DNA of 64,000 bases from Podarcis filfolensis (Eukaryota), in assembly GCA_964270895.1 (NCBI GenBank), contig OZ185435.1, one strand, 5' to 3'. Positions within the stretch are counted from its first letter, which is position 1, and each line of letters begins with the position of its first letter. Shown one piece after another: positions 24,739-37,994 of the stretch. Below the pieces are notes generated by a model. It worked only from the letters and a program-made list of their open reading frames with translations. It made no database searches and had not been told where the DNA came from. Both the position numbers and the translations under genes were made by a program.

Positions 24739-27699
24739 AGCTAGCCAGATGGGGTTCGTCTGTTCCACTCACTCAAGCTTGTCTACTGCGATAATTATTA
24801 GCACAACTACTTTGGAAAAAGAGAGGTCAGTGTGCTACAGCTGCCAATGAGGCCAGAACAGTCAGCAATAGAAGAGAGGAGAGAAATTATCTGAATACTC
24901 TTTTATAGGCTGTGGTTGAGCTCACCTACTGGGCATCATCCTTTTATCTCATTGAGTTTGGCCCTTCACTGGCTAAGTTCCATTTGCTAGCCTCACCCAG
25001 GAAGCAGAATTTTGTGTTTCAGGCGAATAGTATCAAAAAATGACATCATGACAATAATTTACTTTCATTTATTTCTCTACTCCTCAAATTAAGAATTCAT
25101 TCAAGAAGTTTCAGAAGAGAAGAGAATGCTAGATACAAACACTCAGAGCTCAGAATCGATAACAAACAAAAAGCTAAGATCATACTTCAGATTCAACAAC
25201 CTGCAAAGTAACTTCAAAGTGTCTCCTCAGACACCAATAATTTGTAACTGAGGAGCATGTAAGAAATACATCCTAATACTTTTTAGCCCCAAAATGTTGG
25301 CACTTGGGAATAGCTGAGTGTTCCATCCTATGTTTACAACTAGAGAAAAAAATGGCTGATGTAGTCAATACATGTGGATATCTATCCTTAGAATATTCTT
25401 TTCAGTCAATTTATCATCTTCTATAATTAGTCATACTGTCTTCACTCATGAAACATCTATTGAAGAACAGTGAAGTAAAAGGAGTGGAGATAGTCTTCTC
25501 CAGTGTGTAAATGCCTTATATGGGAAGCTTATCATAATCTTCTCATTTTCCTCCAGTTACAAGTCCCCTTGCAACTTGAACTATGGCAAGCTTCGTAATG
25601 TGGTATTGGTACATTATACAAAAGGCAACCTAAGGCATTCTTTAGCACAATGAGTATGCATAATTAAAGACAGATTATTATGCATTCTAGTAATCTGGAT
25701 TATAGAAACAAGAAAACATGTACTTTACTCTCTTTTCTCTGTGCATTTGGTGAGCTACAACTAATTAACAAGTAATTTAGTTGCTTGATTTCATGGTATT
25801 CTGTTCTTGGGCTATGAAGAAATGGCCTGTTAACATTTACTGCTTTTTCATTTTCCAATGTGTAACTATTCTTGACTGTAATTACTATAATGTGAGATTT
25901 GGAGAAACAAAAAAGGAGCACACTTGTTTATGCAATCTCCATCACATTTTTCAACAGACTGGCAAATCTAACATCATGCTGGAATACTGTGAGAAATTCA
26001 TTATCATTTTCTAAGACAAGTCAAAACCGATGCCCAGAATACTGGAGTGTTGAGTCATAAAATAGTGATCTAAATGTAAAATTTAACAGCTTACAGCCTG
26101 GCTTGTTTAGGTAAACCAGTGTACCTGAAACTAATATTAAATATATGCACGAGTGTTTATGTGCTTTCGCAAAGGAGACCAGTGCTGGAATAATTGTTTT
26201 TTAAAAATTATTTCTAATTACCACTTCTGGTACCCATTCCTCTTCAGATTCCAGATATATGCCTCCCAAAATGGAAACACTTAAAAGAGAAACCCTGGTC
26301 CAGTTCGCCACTTCACTCAACACACAGGTAGTTGTAATGGTGGATATGTAGAGAAGGGCAATATGCATATATAGGACCCTGTGCTGCTGAGGATCCCCCA
26401 AATAAATACTCTTGTTTTCTCCTACTCTCTGAATAAAGTCAGTAGAGGCTGGCCTATTATGGCAATTAAGGGCTATCCCTACCAATCAAAAAGTCAAGCA
26501 AGTTTAACTCCTCCCCACCCCTCCAAAAATACTCAACGCCACACTCTTTCCTGTCCCATTCATCCTTCCATCATCCATTTGAATTTCTCTGGACAATCAG
26601 TTCTCTGCACCTCAGCTAATCTCAGTCCAAAAGTATTGCTATGGTGAAGAGGTCCCATCCATATGTTTCTAGGCATAAAAACAATAGGATAGTAAATCTG
26701 CTTGTTTGTTTTTGAAAATAAAAATGTGTATTTTTGTAGCATGCCTGGAAAAACACATCCTGCGATATGCACAAACATCGCAGAATAACAATAAACAGAA
26801 ACTCCTTCAACATCTGAGACACCCTTGTTTACGCTGTGTAAGCATAATCCCCATGAAATGTCAACAAAAATCACACTAATTATCATGAAATTAACATATA
26901 CCTTAGGGGCATGTCTTCTGTTTTCTGATGTGTTTGTGGAAGTAATAAAGTTCCAAATTCTCCCGCAAAAGTATCATTCTTGTTTAATTCATCTTGCCAG
27001 CCTTAATTTATATGCTAGTTTTTCAGTAAGTGCCATTCCCTCTTTTACCAAGATGTTAAATTAGCTCCTTTAAGATTTTTCCCAAAGGTGGCTATGATCA
27101 TATGTGCTGTCACCAGTAGGTATCCTATTATTGTAGTTTTGTCAGTCAAGTTTTCAGAGTAATTACTGCAAGGCAATACATTTGTTTCATTCTGGTACAG
27201 GACTGTATACCAAGCCATTCTATGGAGTTAAATGGCCTAAGGACCTATTGTGCTAATCTTAAACAAAATCATCTATCCAGAAACAAAAGCAATGTTATTA
27301 AAATGAATGATTCTAAAAGCCTGAAAACAAACAATTAGACAAAGAGATTTGGCTTATTCTGTGCAAGTTGTGGGTAAATTAGTTAAATATTTTTGTACCA
27401 GGAAACATAGGTTGTCCTAAACCCTATGACATTTTAATAACTGAAAATAACTCTGCAAGCTAACTTGCAGAGGATAAAAAACAGATTTCACTGAGAATCT
27501 GGAAAATACACTGCCTAATATGTAGAGGAGGGTTACGAGAACCAAAAGACTCCTGCCCAGTACTGATCTGTGTTATGAACTTCTGTCTTCCTTTGACATG
27601 TATATCTTCGATGGGTAACATGTGCAGTTTTTATGTTAGTAACTGAATGCCAAATGCTGCAGCTTATCTCTCTAGACATTGGCTTTAAGTATTAAGCAA

Positions 27700-27835
27700 A
27701 AGATGGAGAACCTGTGGCTTTACAGATATTGTTGGATTGTAATTCCCATCAATCCCAGAGAGGTGGGCCAATGGTCAAGAAAGATTAGTGTTTTACTTCA
27801 TCAACATTTGGAGGGCGACAGGTCCGTATCCCCTG
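27700..27835. mobile_element. Degenerate hAT MITE (same family as 24603)
   Basis: gagaacctgtggc..aattcccatc..atttggagggcgacagg..cccctg. Confidence 0.6.
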
Positions 27836-28025
27836 TATTAAACTGTTTTAATACACAAGCAAAAGGACTATCCACAGAGTATGTCAAACATTAGGGTAAT
27901 ACTAAGTCTCTTGGGGACTTTTTTATGTTGACAAGCCTATTCAGTTCTTTTCTTTTTTAGATGAACCAGTCATTCTTCTGAATATTTGGTATTGTTTTAT
28001 TATATTGTTCTATGATGTGAACAGG

Positions 28026-28394
28026 CCTAAACGGCCTCGGCCCAGTATACCTGAAGGAGCGTCTCCACCCCCATCGTTCTGCCCGGATGCTGAGGTACAG
28101 CGCTGAGGGCCTTCTGGCGGTTCCCTCATTGCGAGAAGCAAAGCTACAGGGAACCAGGCAGAGGGCCTTCTCGGTAGTGGCGCCTGCCCTGTGGAACGCC
28201 CTCCCATCAGATGTCAAAGCGATAAATAACTACCTGACATTCAGAAGACATCTTAAGGCAGCCCTGTTCAGGGAAGTTTTTAATCTGTGATATTTTAGTG
28301 TATTTTTGGTTTCTATGGAAGCCGCCCAGAGTGGCTGGGGAAACCCAGCCAGATGGGCGGGGTACAAATAATAAATTATTATTATTATTATTAT
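28026..28394 (+). mobile_element. L2 LINE 3' end with (ATT)n tail
   Basis: ..EAKLQGTRQRAFSVVAPALWNALPSDVK..RRHLKAALFREVF, then ggaagccgcccagagtggctgggg..(att)n. Confidence 0.92.
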
Positions 28395-30559
28395 AACAGC
28401 CTTGCTATTTTATGTTAGTGTGTGGTATATAAACACTTTTATGGGGGGGAAAGATTCTGCATTGATTAAAATGAGGTGAAGTGTAACAAAAGCAATGAAC
28501 AGAAGACCTTAAAGTGTGATATACCAATAATTCCACAACACTATCTTGCGGAGGAATTTTGATCTGCTGTTCTCCACATTAAATAGTTTTCATTTCTCCT
28601 AATGCCAGAAGCCATTGTTTCAATATTTACTTCCTTCTGCCAGCTCAAACTTGCAGACTCAGTTGGTAAGGCATTATGTTGGTAATATTTACACAAAGGA
28701 CCACAATAATTTACCTATTCATTCAATTTGCATCACATTTTTTCACAAGACTGTTTGCAGATGTACCTATAAAGGAGAACATGCACATATAAGGACCTTA
28801 ATTGCACTGAACAAAAGTCAGTGTGGTCCAGCGGGCAGAGAGACAGACATATATGGAAAACGTGAGAAGGTAAAGGGTTCTGATGCTGGACATACCTGTG
28901 CACTAGTAGAATAATGCCTGCAGAATGTTGTCTAAAGAAGTTCTGCTAGAGCGCTACCAATTGCTAGATTCCTGCTTTTGCCTTCAAACCTTCCTCAGAC
29001 TGTACTAAAGAGTAACACACCCACACCCACACACCCCATGTGTCTGCTCACATGACAAATCAACAGCAGCAGTCTGAAAAGAATGCAGTGAGCAGTCAAG
29101 CAAAATGGATGTGAGGGTGAAAGGCCATTAAAACATGTTTTGTTAGTTTTATAGATGAGGATCAGGAGAAAGACTGCTGGGCAGTAGATACTGCTTTCAG
29201 CAGGCAAGCAAGCAAGCAAGAAAAGAGGAAAAGCTAGAAGGCCAAGAAAGCTGGAGTGTGAAGGTGAAGGTAAAGGTAAAGGACAGGGTGGTCCAACATG
29301 TGACCCTCAATGCCTTTTTGGCAGCCCTTGATAGCATTTGAATGCCCCCTCCCAGCTTGGTCGGCCCTTGTGCTGCCTTCTCAAAGCTGAATAAGCGAAG
29401 TGCTTGGCTTTGGGAAGGAGGTGTGAGGACTGTGACAGAGTTCTAGAATCCTTCCCACTCCTTCCCAAAGTCTAGTTAGTGCTTTCCCATCTTTGGGATG
29501 GAGATGGAAGGGCTCTAGGACTCTGTTAGAGCCCTGTGCCTCCTTCTCAAAGCCCGGTCCTCAGTCAGCTTTGGGAAGTCAGCACAAGTGATGGAGGGCC
29601 CTTTCACTTCCTTCCCCTCTCCTGCACAACAAGGCAGTGTGCGGCCAACAGGTTCTGTGTCAAAGTACTCTTGCAGCCCACTCGGTATGAAAAGTTGGAC
29701 TGTCCTGGAACATAGGATTGTACCCTGTTCTGTTAGAGAGCAGCAGTTAAGTAAGTCTTTCTTTGTTTTTCTTACCTTGCCTATTCTCCAGTAGGCACTA
29801 CAGTAGCTCCGAATCCAAAAAGGCTTACTGGATTTTAAAGCCCAGAGGCAGCCAACCCACACCCAGTGGGGGCTTCCAGTGGTGCCTCTGGGCAGATGCC
29901 ATAGTCTCTGAATTTCGATTTATTTATTTATTTAAACTAAGTCTCCTATAAAGAAAGGGGTAAAATGTGCAGATACCTTCTAAGCTATTTCTGTTAAATG
30001 AGAGTGGTCTGGCTCCCTTGTATATTTTCCAGGTACTGAGGAAAGTTCCCTGGTGATCTCCAAAATCAGGACAAGCACGACATATGCTTATCTTGGGGGG
30101 TCAGGTAAGGTTGTTGGGGTGGTTGTCTAATTTTGTGTTATGCCTCGCTCCCCATAGCAGTCCTTTTGTTATATGCCTCATACCCACCATGGCAGCAATT
30201 TTGTGACTGGTGCTCCCAGAACTCTGAAAATTTGAAATGTGCCCACCAGTCCAAAATGGCTGCCAACTCCTAATAATAACCCTTGCCTGCTCCTTTCTAC
30301 AGTGAACCTCTGTTTATTATTTTAATCTTGCTGTGTTAAGGGCAGCACCAGCTAAAGAACCAATGAAGGCTATTGCCACTGGGAAGGTGGGAGCCCAAGT
30401 GAGTCACATAGAGTTGGCCACCTTCATATGAACTGGCAGGTTCTGGCCCTTCCCCATTAGCCAAATCTTGAGTGATATATTTTGCTATATTTTGGTTCTC
30501 ACCAATGGAAATAAGTCCCACATCCACATGCTGCCTGACGTTGAGTAAGCCACCATTTT

Positions 30560-30630
30560 CAATTCAATTTTCACACCTATAAATAGGAATAGTGACTTAT
30601 CTTACATAGTTGCTCTAAGGATGAACATAA
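30560..30630 (+). mobile_element. MIR/CORE-SINE-like remnant
   Basis: ttttcacacctataaataggaatagtgacttatcttacatagttgctctaaggatg resembles the remembered MIR core. Confidence 0.35.
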
Positions 30631-32103
30631 GATTATTGGCCTTTTGCAAATTCAGTATCATATTGGCAGCAGTATTAGGTATAGCAACTGGCACTCCTGT
30701 AGGATATATCCTGCTTTAGCGCCTGAATAAACTGCCTCTGTTTTCAGTAGACAAAAGTGTTTTGTTTTCAACACTGTCATTTATAATGTTTTATAACACC
30801 ATCTCACCATCTTCTAAACCATCTCTTTGATGAGGTGCAGCCAAGTATGTAATGGAACAAAACACAGTTCAATATCTGTAACTCTGTTTCCACAGTATCT
30901 ATAATGATTAAAGAGATAAAAGTAGTGACACAAATATCTATTGGGAGAAAGCTTTTTATTACCTATGATTCCTACTTAATAGATTTTTGAGGGGGGTTAC
31001 CTAATTAATCAACATTTAAATAAGTACACTGAGCAGGACATTTGGAACAATATTTTGGCTGCAAAGTGTATGAACTCAACAACTGAGCTTTCACAGCAGT
31101 TTTGAAGAAGTGCACCAAATAGCTACACATACCAGAACTGAGTCTCATGCTGGCAAAACTTTACATGAGCTTCCATTTGACACTAATACTCATGGCTCAG
31201 AACTACATGAAGTAAAAAAAGATATTTTATTTCAGCATCTTGGCATAAGTAAGAAAGCTTTTGCCAAAATGATATTACATGTTTGACTACATCATCTTGA
31301 CAGAAAGCATTGTATAAAGATTATTTCCTGCCCCCCCCCCACTTATAAAAACATACACCAAGCCAAAACAAAATGATGCCAAATTCCTACCTGGCTTATG
31401 GCATGAGCAGCAAAAATGCAGGTATAATTACTGTTCCTTTTCTACACAGACATAGCATATAGTATTTTTAAAAAGTTGCACAGCATTCTCACACCATACA
31501 TCTATGGAAATGCAGACATTTACCACTAATTTTGTAGTTTGTGATGCAGCCCAATATATATTAATCGACTTATTTCATTGTGCTTGGCAGATACGTGGAA
31601 TTCCATTCCTATTCCCATTGATATTGTATGTCTATACAATTTCCTGATATTTTCATTTGTACCAAAAATGGTCTAGCGTGCAGCTTAAACACCATCACCT
31701 CACCACCTGTCCTATTATAGTTCCTTACTTTGTTTTCATTCATTGAGCTTCTGATCTTCTCTACTGTTTTTAGTGGATTTAATTTTTCTGTTTCTATTTT
31801 TAATTGGTTACTGTCCTTTTGTAACAACAACAACAATTCACCCTTCATCAAAAGATCTCAGGGAGGTTCACAAAATAATAATAAACTGCTTGTGGACACA
31901 TCAAGGTCAAATTGCAAGATTTAAAAATGTGGATGACTAAAATCTCTATCCATGGTAACACTAAACAATCACCTTGACTCCAACTGGACACTCAAACATT
32001 TTGAAATACATTATTTCATTGACTGCTGAACTTATATTCAGTATTCACTATGTACTAATTTTAGACTGAAACCTGTTTGTCTATTCTCTTTCAATTTTCT
32101 GTT

Positions 32104-32428
32104 CATAAATCACAGAAGCATAAAATTGTAGAACTGGAAGGAACCCCCAAGGGTCATCTAGTCCAACTCCCTGCAATGCAGGAATCTCAACTAAAGCATC
32201 CATGACAGATGGCCATTCACACTCTGCTTAAAAACACCCAAGGAAGGAGAGTCCAACACCTTCTGAGGGAGTCTGTTCCACTGTTGAACGGCTTTTACCA
32301 CCAGAAAGTTGTTTCGTTGGAATCTCCTTTCTTGTAATTTGAAGCCATTGGTTTTGGTCCTATCTTCCAGGGTAGGAGAAAACAAGTTTGCTCCATCTTC
32401 CATGTGACAGCCCTTTAGATATTTCAAG
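32104..32428 (-). mobile_element. CR1 3' end
   Basis: Reverse ORF LKYLKGCHMEDGANLFSPTLEDRTKTNGFKLQERRF..VQQWNRLP and CR1 tail. Confidence 0.9.
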
Positions 32429-32589
32429 TTTCCTGAAACATCTGGATCCAGAAATGCAGCAGCCAAGGAGATCATTACTGTAGGGGTAAGGAATTAAAAG
32501 TTCACCAGACCCAGCCACTCGTGCTGGTCTCATATGGGCCGAAAGAAAGAGCCAAGGAGGCCACTTACATACAGGGTCCCATAGAAAGA

Positions 32590-32705
32590 AAGGGGTCAGG
32601 CTGGGCCTGGACCAAAGGCCTGGTGGAACAGCTCCATCTTGCAGGCCCTGTGGAAAGATGTCAAATCCCGCAGGGCCCTGAACTAGCACTTAGAGAGCAC
32701 TCAAA
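32590..32705 (-). mobile_element. L2-type C-terminal fragment (different family)
   Basis: Reverse strand reads ..RALRDLTSFHRACKMELFHQAFG. Confidence 0.55.
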
Positions 32706-34327
32706 AAAGAAGTGATGAGACATATGACTGCAACTCTAGCACAAAAGTAAGTTTCCACACTAACATTTCTCTCTCTTCTTCATTCAGCAAATCCTTGTAA
32801 AATAAAGGCAGATGAATCCAATTCCCTAAACTGATTTGACCATCCAAAAATAAATTCTTATAATGTGCCACACCTAACAACAGCATGTAGCAGGGATGCC
32901 ATTCTCTGCAGCAATGCTATCAATCCTGCAGTAATTAAGGCTTTTTCAGTCACTGGAGTCAAAAGTAGACATCACACTTGAACTTCGCCTTAGGATTCCT
33001 GGTACACAGATGTTTTGTAACAAAAAGTGTTGACAACACATAAGTTCCTACAGAAACCAGAGATGTTGACATTTGGGGAAAACATGCCAGTTACTTATTC
33101 GGGTTGAACAATCCAGAACATTAAAAACAAGACCATTTTAAAGCTTTAATGTCTTTCTAAGTAAAAAATAAAACAAATTCCTCTTAGCTGTCGGGTTCAG
33201 CTCCAGCAACTTAAAAAAAAAATAAAAATCCTTAAACTCTACAGCTCCCTCTAGACAAGCAAGCTGCCAGGGAATTCCATACATGAAGCCTGTACTATAC
33301 TTGCTGTAGCCCAGATGCATCAACTGATTCCACAAGGGACAGGCTCTGCTGCCAGTAGTAGGTGGAGCTGTCTGAAATGTGGCTTTATTTATTTAATACA
33401 TTTATAGACTGCTGTTCAGTAACTATTTCCAGGACAGTTCAATGACAAGACAACATCCTCTGCTGGACTAGCACTACAACAGCATAACAACAACTTCAGG
33501 TAAGAACTTCCAGTTCTTCAAAGTTTATCCTTACAAACTCCACTTTTATGGATCATTCATTAGTATGGAAAGCAAACACAGGGGCGGTTTAAGGTAGCAC
33601 TACCAGTTTGGCCATACTGAGCACTGCACTGCAAGGGAGCACCACAATAATGCTATGGAATGGAGCATGAAAGATGGCAGGGGTGCCTAATTTCAGTGAC
33701 ACACAGGGCGCTGCTGAAATTTGAGAGCCCAAAGTCTGCCACTGGCAAACATTAAATAATAGTTCCATAATTGCTTCAAAGATTGTGACCCAAACATACA
33801 TAGCTTTCTCCTGGTCATAACTTGGTTTAAGATTGCACTTCAAGTAATTTTAGCTAGATCATGCCCAATGCAAGAACTTTTAGAGTTCCACTGGTTCCGG
33901 TGTTAGAAATGTAAGTACTTACTTAACCCAACCACTGAAAATCAATTGGACTTGACATGTTAATATGGACAGGCTGAATTTGAAGGAAAATAAAGTTGAT
34001 AAGATGTAATATGTCTACATGAACGTGAAACAGGGACAATGTTGTACAACTTATCCTTGGTTTCCTCCCCTCTGCCCCCTGTAGAGTAACTTTTGCTTAC
34101 AAATGACAGCTCTGGCAAAAAGAGAGTTGCTATGGGCTCCTGAAGAGTAGTCAAGGAGGCTGCAAAAGTCTTGTAGACAGCAACGTCTACAAGCTTATCA
34201 CATACCTCTGCAGAGGCTGTTTATAACAGAAGTAAAAACTGCAGACTTGGAGGGGGGCTGCAACTAGCACATCTACCAGTGGTGTTTTGAGTTTATCCAT
34301 GGCCATGCTGTTCCCAGCTGCTGGCAT

Positions 34328-34330
<3 letters not shown>

Positions 34331-34386
<56 letters not shown>
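34331..34386. repeat. (TC)n(AC)n compound microsatellite
   Basis: Read directly from the sequence. Confidence 0.97.
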
Positions 34387-36203
34387 GACATACTTTAAGA
34401 TTATACTACTGACACAAAGTATAGTCGTACTTTTCATAGGAAAAAAAATCTCAACACACTTCACAGTCTCTTAAAAAAGAAAGAGGACCTTCAAAGAATT
34501 GTGTGTGCACATTTCAGTATTCTGGGAATGCAATCTGAAATCCCAAAACACAAGCCTCAAAATATGACATACTTTGAGATTAGAACACATTCAAAAGCTT
34601 AGGACACATTCAAAATCCCCTCCAAATTTAGTACATAAAAGACCTTGAGACACCGATTTGTCCAATGCTTCAGCAGACAATATTTCAAATTCCAGTCAAA
34701 ATCCTGAAAACCCATAAATGCTTACACTAATCTTGACAATGAATTTGGAATCTGTCCATGAAAGAAATCCACCAACCAGATGTGAATTTGTTCTGGCACA
34801 TTTATTTTGTCTGTTTTAGAACAAAATAATTTTCTTTCCCAGTTGTCATTGTTTAAAACTCAGGTAAATACCAATCACAAATCAACAACTGGTTGGTTAC
34901 AATGAAATATTCAGAAGTATTTATTCCTGAATAAAACTCAGTGAAAGCTGATTCCTCAGATGTATAAAAAACTTTTAATAATAATTCAGCTTTTCAAATA
35001 AAAATCTAACTATAATAATTTAAAAATGCACTTGGATCACAACTAGTGAAAATCTTAATTATAATATCTGCTGGATGTAGGTCCAAGATCAGCATCACTT
35101 AATTCTTTTTATACCTGTTAGCTACATTTCGGAAATAAAATTTGGGCGGGGAGCTGACTTGCACCACTAATAATGCCCCATTATTCTTCTTGCATAACTG
35201 TCTGTTCTAGATCACTGAGCTGTTCTAAGTCATTTATAAGTATATAAAAAATCAATTATAAAAAACAATAAAACAATTCCATGAAACATTAAAAGCAAAG
35301 TTTATAGTAAGCATATACAATAAAACAAGCCCATTAAAAACATAACAATCAAAATATTTAGCAATAAACACAATTAGCCCCATATTAAACAGAGAACATT
35401 CAGAGGTAGGGAAAATCAGAGTTTCAAGCCAGTCCTCTGCCACTTTAAATTCACCTGTGAATGGATAGATGTCATAGCAAACTGGCAGAGCACGAGTGCC
35501 GAAGTTCAATCCCTGGCATCTCCAGTTAAAAAAGGAAATCTCAGGTAACCAATCAACTGGCTTAGAAGGAACAGAGGGCAATTAGTTTTTTTTTTATTAT
35601 TCCTTCTATTGTTATTTATTTATACCACCCCTTTCCATTTACCAAAGGTCTGCTCAAGGTGGCTAACAGCATTCAAAATACAATGAAAGAAAGTAGGTCT
35701 TACACTAGCTCAAAATGTCCATCTAATCTTGCACAATCTACTTCAACTGGCAACAGCTTTCCAGGGGCTCAAGCAAAGAGGGATCCTTCTGATCACCTGT
35801 AACCACAGTAATGCAACTTCCACCACCTCTCTCTTCAATAATATACTGGTTGCCCATTAACCTCTGCTACATTTAATACTTTGTAAAGGCATGGGCTAAC
35901 ATTTCCTTCTGCAAGAGAATAAAAGATTACTTGTATACCAAAAAGAAGAATCCAGTAATAAAATAAATTATTTATTTATTTTTGCACAAAGGTTTGCTTA
36001 CAGGATTTTTATAGGAGATATCAGTAGAATAATGAATTACAATTTATTAAGGTTGCCAGATGTAGTAGCTTCCAGGTGTAGTAGCATATGGGTTTATATC
36101 ATTGCTTTTCTGGTACATCTGACATCAGGCAGGTATCTTCACTGTACTCTTTCTGACATCTGCTTACAATGTTTTCATTTACCCAAGCCTAACCAGACAT
36201 ATA

Positions 36204-36558
36204 GGGACGCGGGTGGCGCTGTGGGTAAAACCTAGGACTTGCCAATCGTCAGGTCGGCGGTTCGAATCCCCACGGCGGGGTGCGCTCCCGTCGTTCAGTC
36301 CCAGCGCCTGCCAACCTAGCAGTTCGAAAGCACCCCCAGGTGCAAGTATATAAATAGGGACCGCTTACTAGCGGGAAGGTAAACGGCGTTTCCGTGTGCT
36401 GCGATGGCTCGCCAGATGCAGCTTGTCACGCTGGCCACGTGACCCGGAAGTGTCTCCGGACAGCGCTGGCCCCTGGCCTCTTAAGTGAGATGGGTGCACA
36501 ACCCCAGAGTCGGACACGACTGGCTCGTACAGGCAGGGGTACCTTTACCTTTACCTTT
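36204..36558 (+). mobile_element. Sauria SINE, subfamily A
   Basis: gggacgcgggtggcgctgtggg head, Bov-B-like gagtcggacacgact, (tttacc)n tail; flanked by TAACCAGACATATA. Confidence 0.93.
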
Positions 36559-36573
36559 TAACCAGACATATAA

Positions 36574-36927
36574 GGGACGCAGGTGGCACTGTGGTCTAAA
36601 CCACTGAGCCTTGGGCTTGCTGATCGGAAGGTTGGCGGTTCAAATCCCCGCGACGGGGTGAGCTCCCGTTGCTCGGTCCCTGCTCCTGTCAACCTAGCAG
36701 TTCGAAAGCACGTCAAAGTGCAAGTAAATAAATAGGTACCGCTCTGGTGGGAAGGTAAACGGCGTTTCCGTGTGCTGCTCTGGTTCGCCAGAAGCGGCTT
36801 AGTCATGCTGGCCACATGACCTGGAAGCTGTACGCCGGCTCCCTCAGCCAATAAAGCGAGATCAGCGCCGCAACCCCAGTCGGTCACGACTGGACCTAAT
36901 GGTCAGGGGTCCCTTTACCTTTACCTT
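36574..36927 (+). mobile_element. Sauria SINE, subfamily B
   Basis: Full-length. Diagnostic gcacgtcaaagtg and ggtcaggggtccc differ from the adjacent copy; flanked by TAACCAGACATATA. Confidence 0.93.
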
Positions 36928-37718
36928 TAACCAGACATATAGTAGTTATATGTGTTTTAATCTGTTTTTAGTTTATTATTGATTTTAATTAGTTTTTGAA
37001 TGTTTTAAAATAACTGTTTTTAACTGTTTTTTATTATTAATTTTAATGTTTTGTTTATTATTTTTGAGATGTATTCTAATCAAGCAGTATATAAATTTTG
37101 TTAATTGGATACTAAAGCTTCAGAGTTGACTATCATTACTATTAGATACTGCTTACTACACAGCAACTGATTCCTTCTATAAAACATTCCTTACAGTATG
37201 AGATAATGACAGGAATCTTGGCAGGTCAGTTATCTTGCTAGCAACGTGCAATTCTGCATGTCACTACTTCTACTTATTCATTGAAATAACAGACTTCATC
37301 ACGAAACTGCTAAGAGAAACAAACAGAGTCTCCTGTAGTTCCTGCTTTCATTTATTAGTCAATATTCAGCTTTCCTTTCCACTATCTCCCATCACTGACT
37401 CCCAAAACTTTGTGTCTTCACAAAACAGGAACACAAAAGAAAGCTAAGCAAAATGCAGTTATCCTTAGTCATTGACTGATGACTCTATTCTTATTTAAGA
37501 TATTTTTCTCTCTTCAAAAGGAACAATCAGAGTCCTTCCCGGAAGGTCACACAGCATTCCACATTACTTCTGGGACTGCACTATAACAAAGAGGAAAGTT
37601 TAAAGAATCGAGCAGCCTCAAAAATCAACTTGTACACTTACACGTGCAAGACTTTGAAGATCAAATTTGGCCAGAAATTCCCAGTCAGAAGCAATGAGTT
37701 CTTTCTCAGTGATACAGA

Positions 37719-37761
<43 letters not shown>

Positions 37762-37905
37762 TTGTATATCACTTCATCCGAAGATCACAGGGTGGTTTAC
37801 AACATAAAAATACAAAATGAAAACACAAAATACATAATAAAACTAAAACAAACCATTAACCCCACCTCCCACAAACTCATTTAAAAGGCCATAGAATGTT
37901 AATTT
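37719..37905 (-). mobile_element. L2 3' tail with (TAT)n run
   Basis: (TAT)n at 37719-37761 followed by cacttcatccgaagatcacagggtggtttacaa. Confidence 0.75.
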
Positions 37906-37994
37906 TAGAGGATTAAAAAGGGTATATGGGGGTGTTAGGGGAAGGGTAGTACTTCTGGTTGGGGACACCAGAGGTACCTTCTGGGGTAGTCTGT

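Noticed and set aside
26248-26327. Plus-strand (antisense) 80-nt exon-like segment
   Set aside because: A single isolated candidate with no partner exons and no recognisable peptide.
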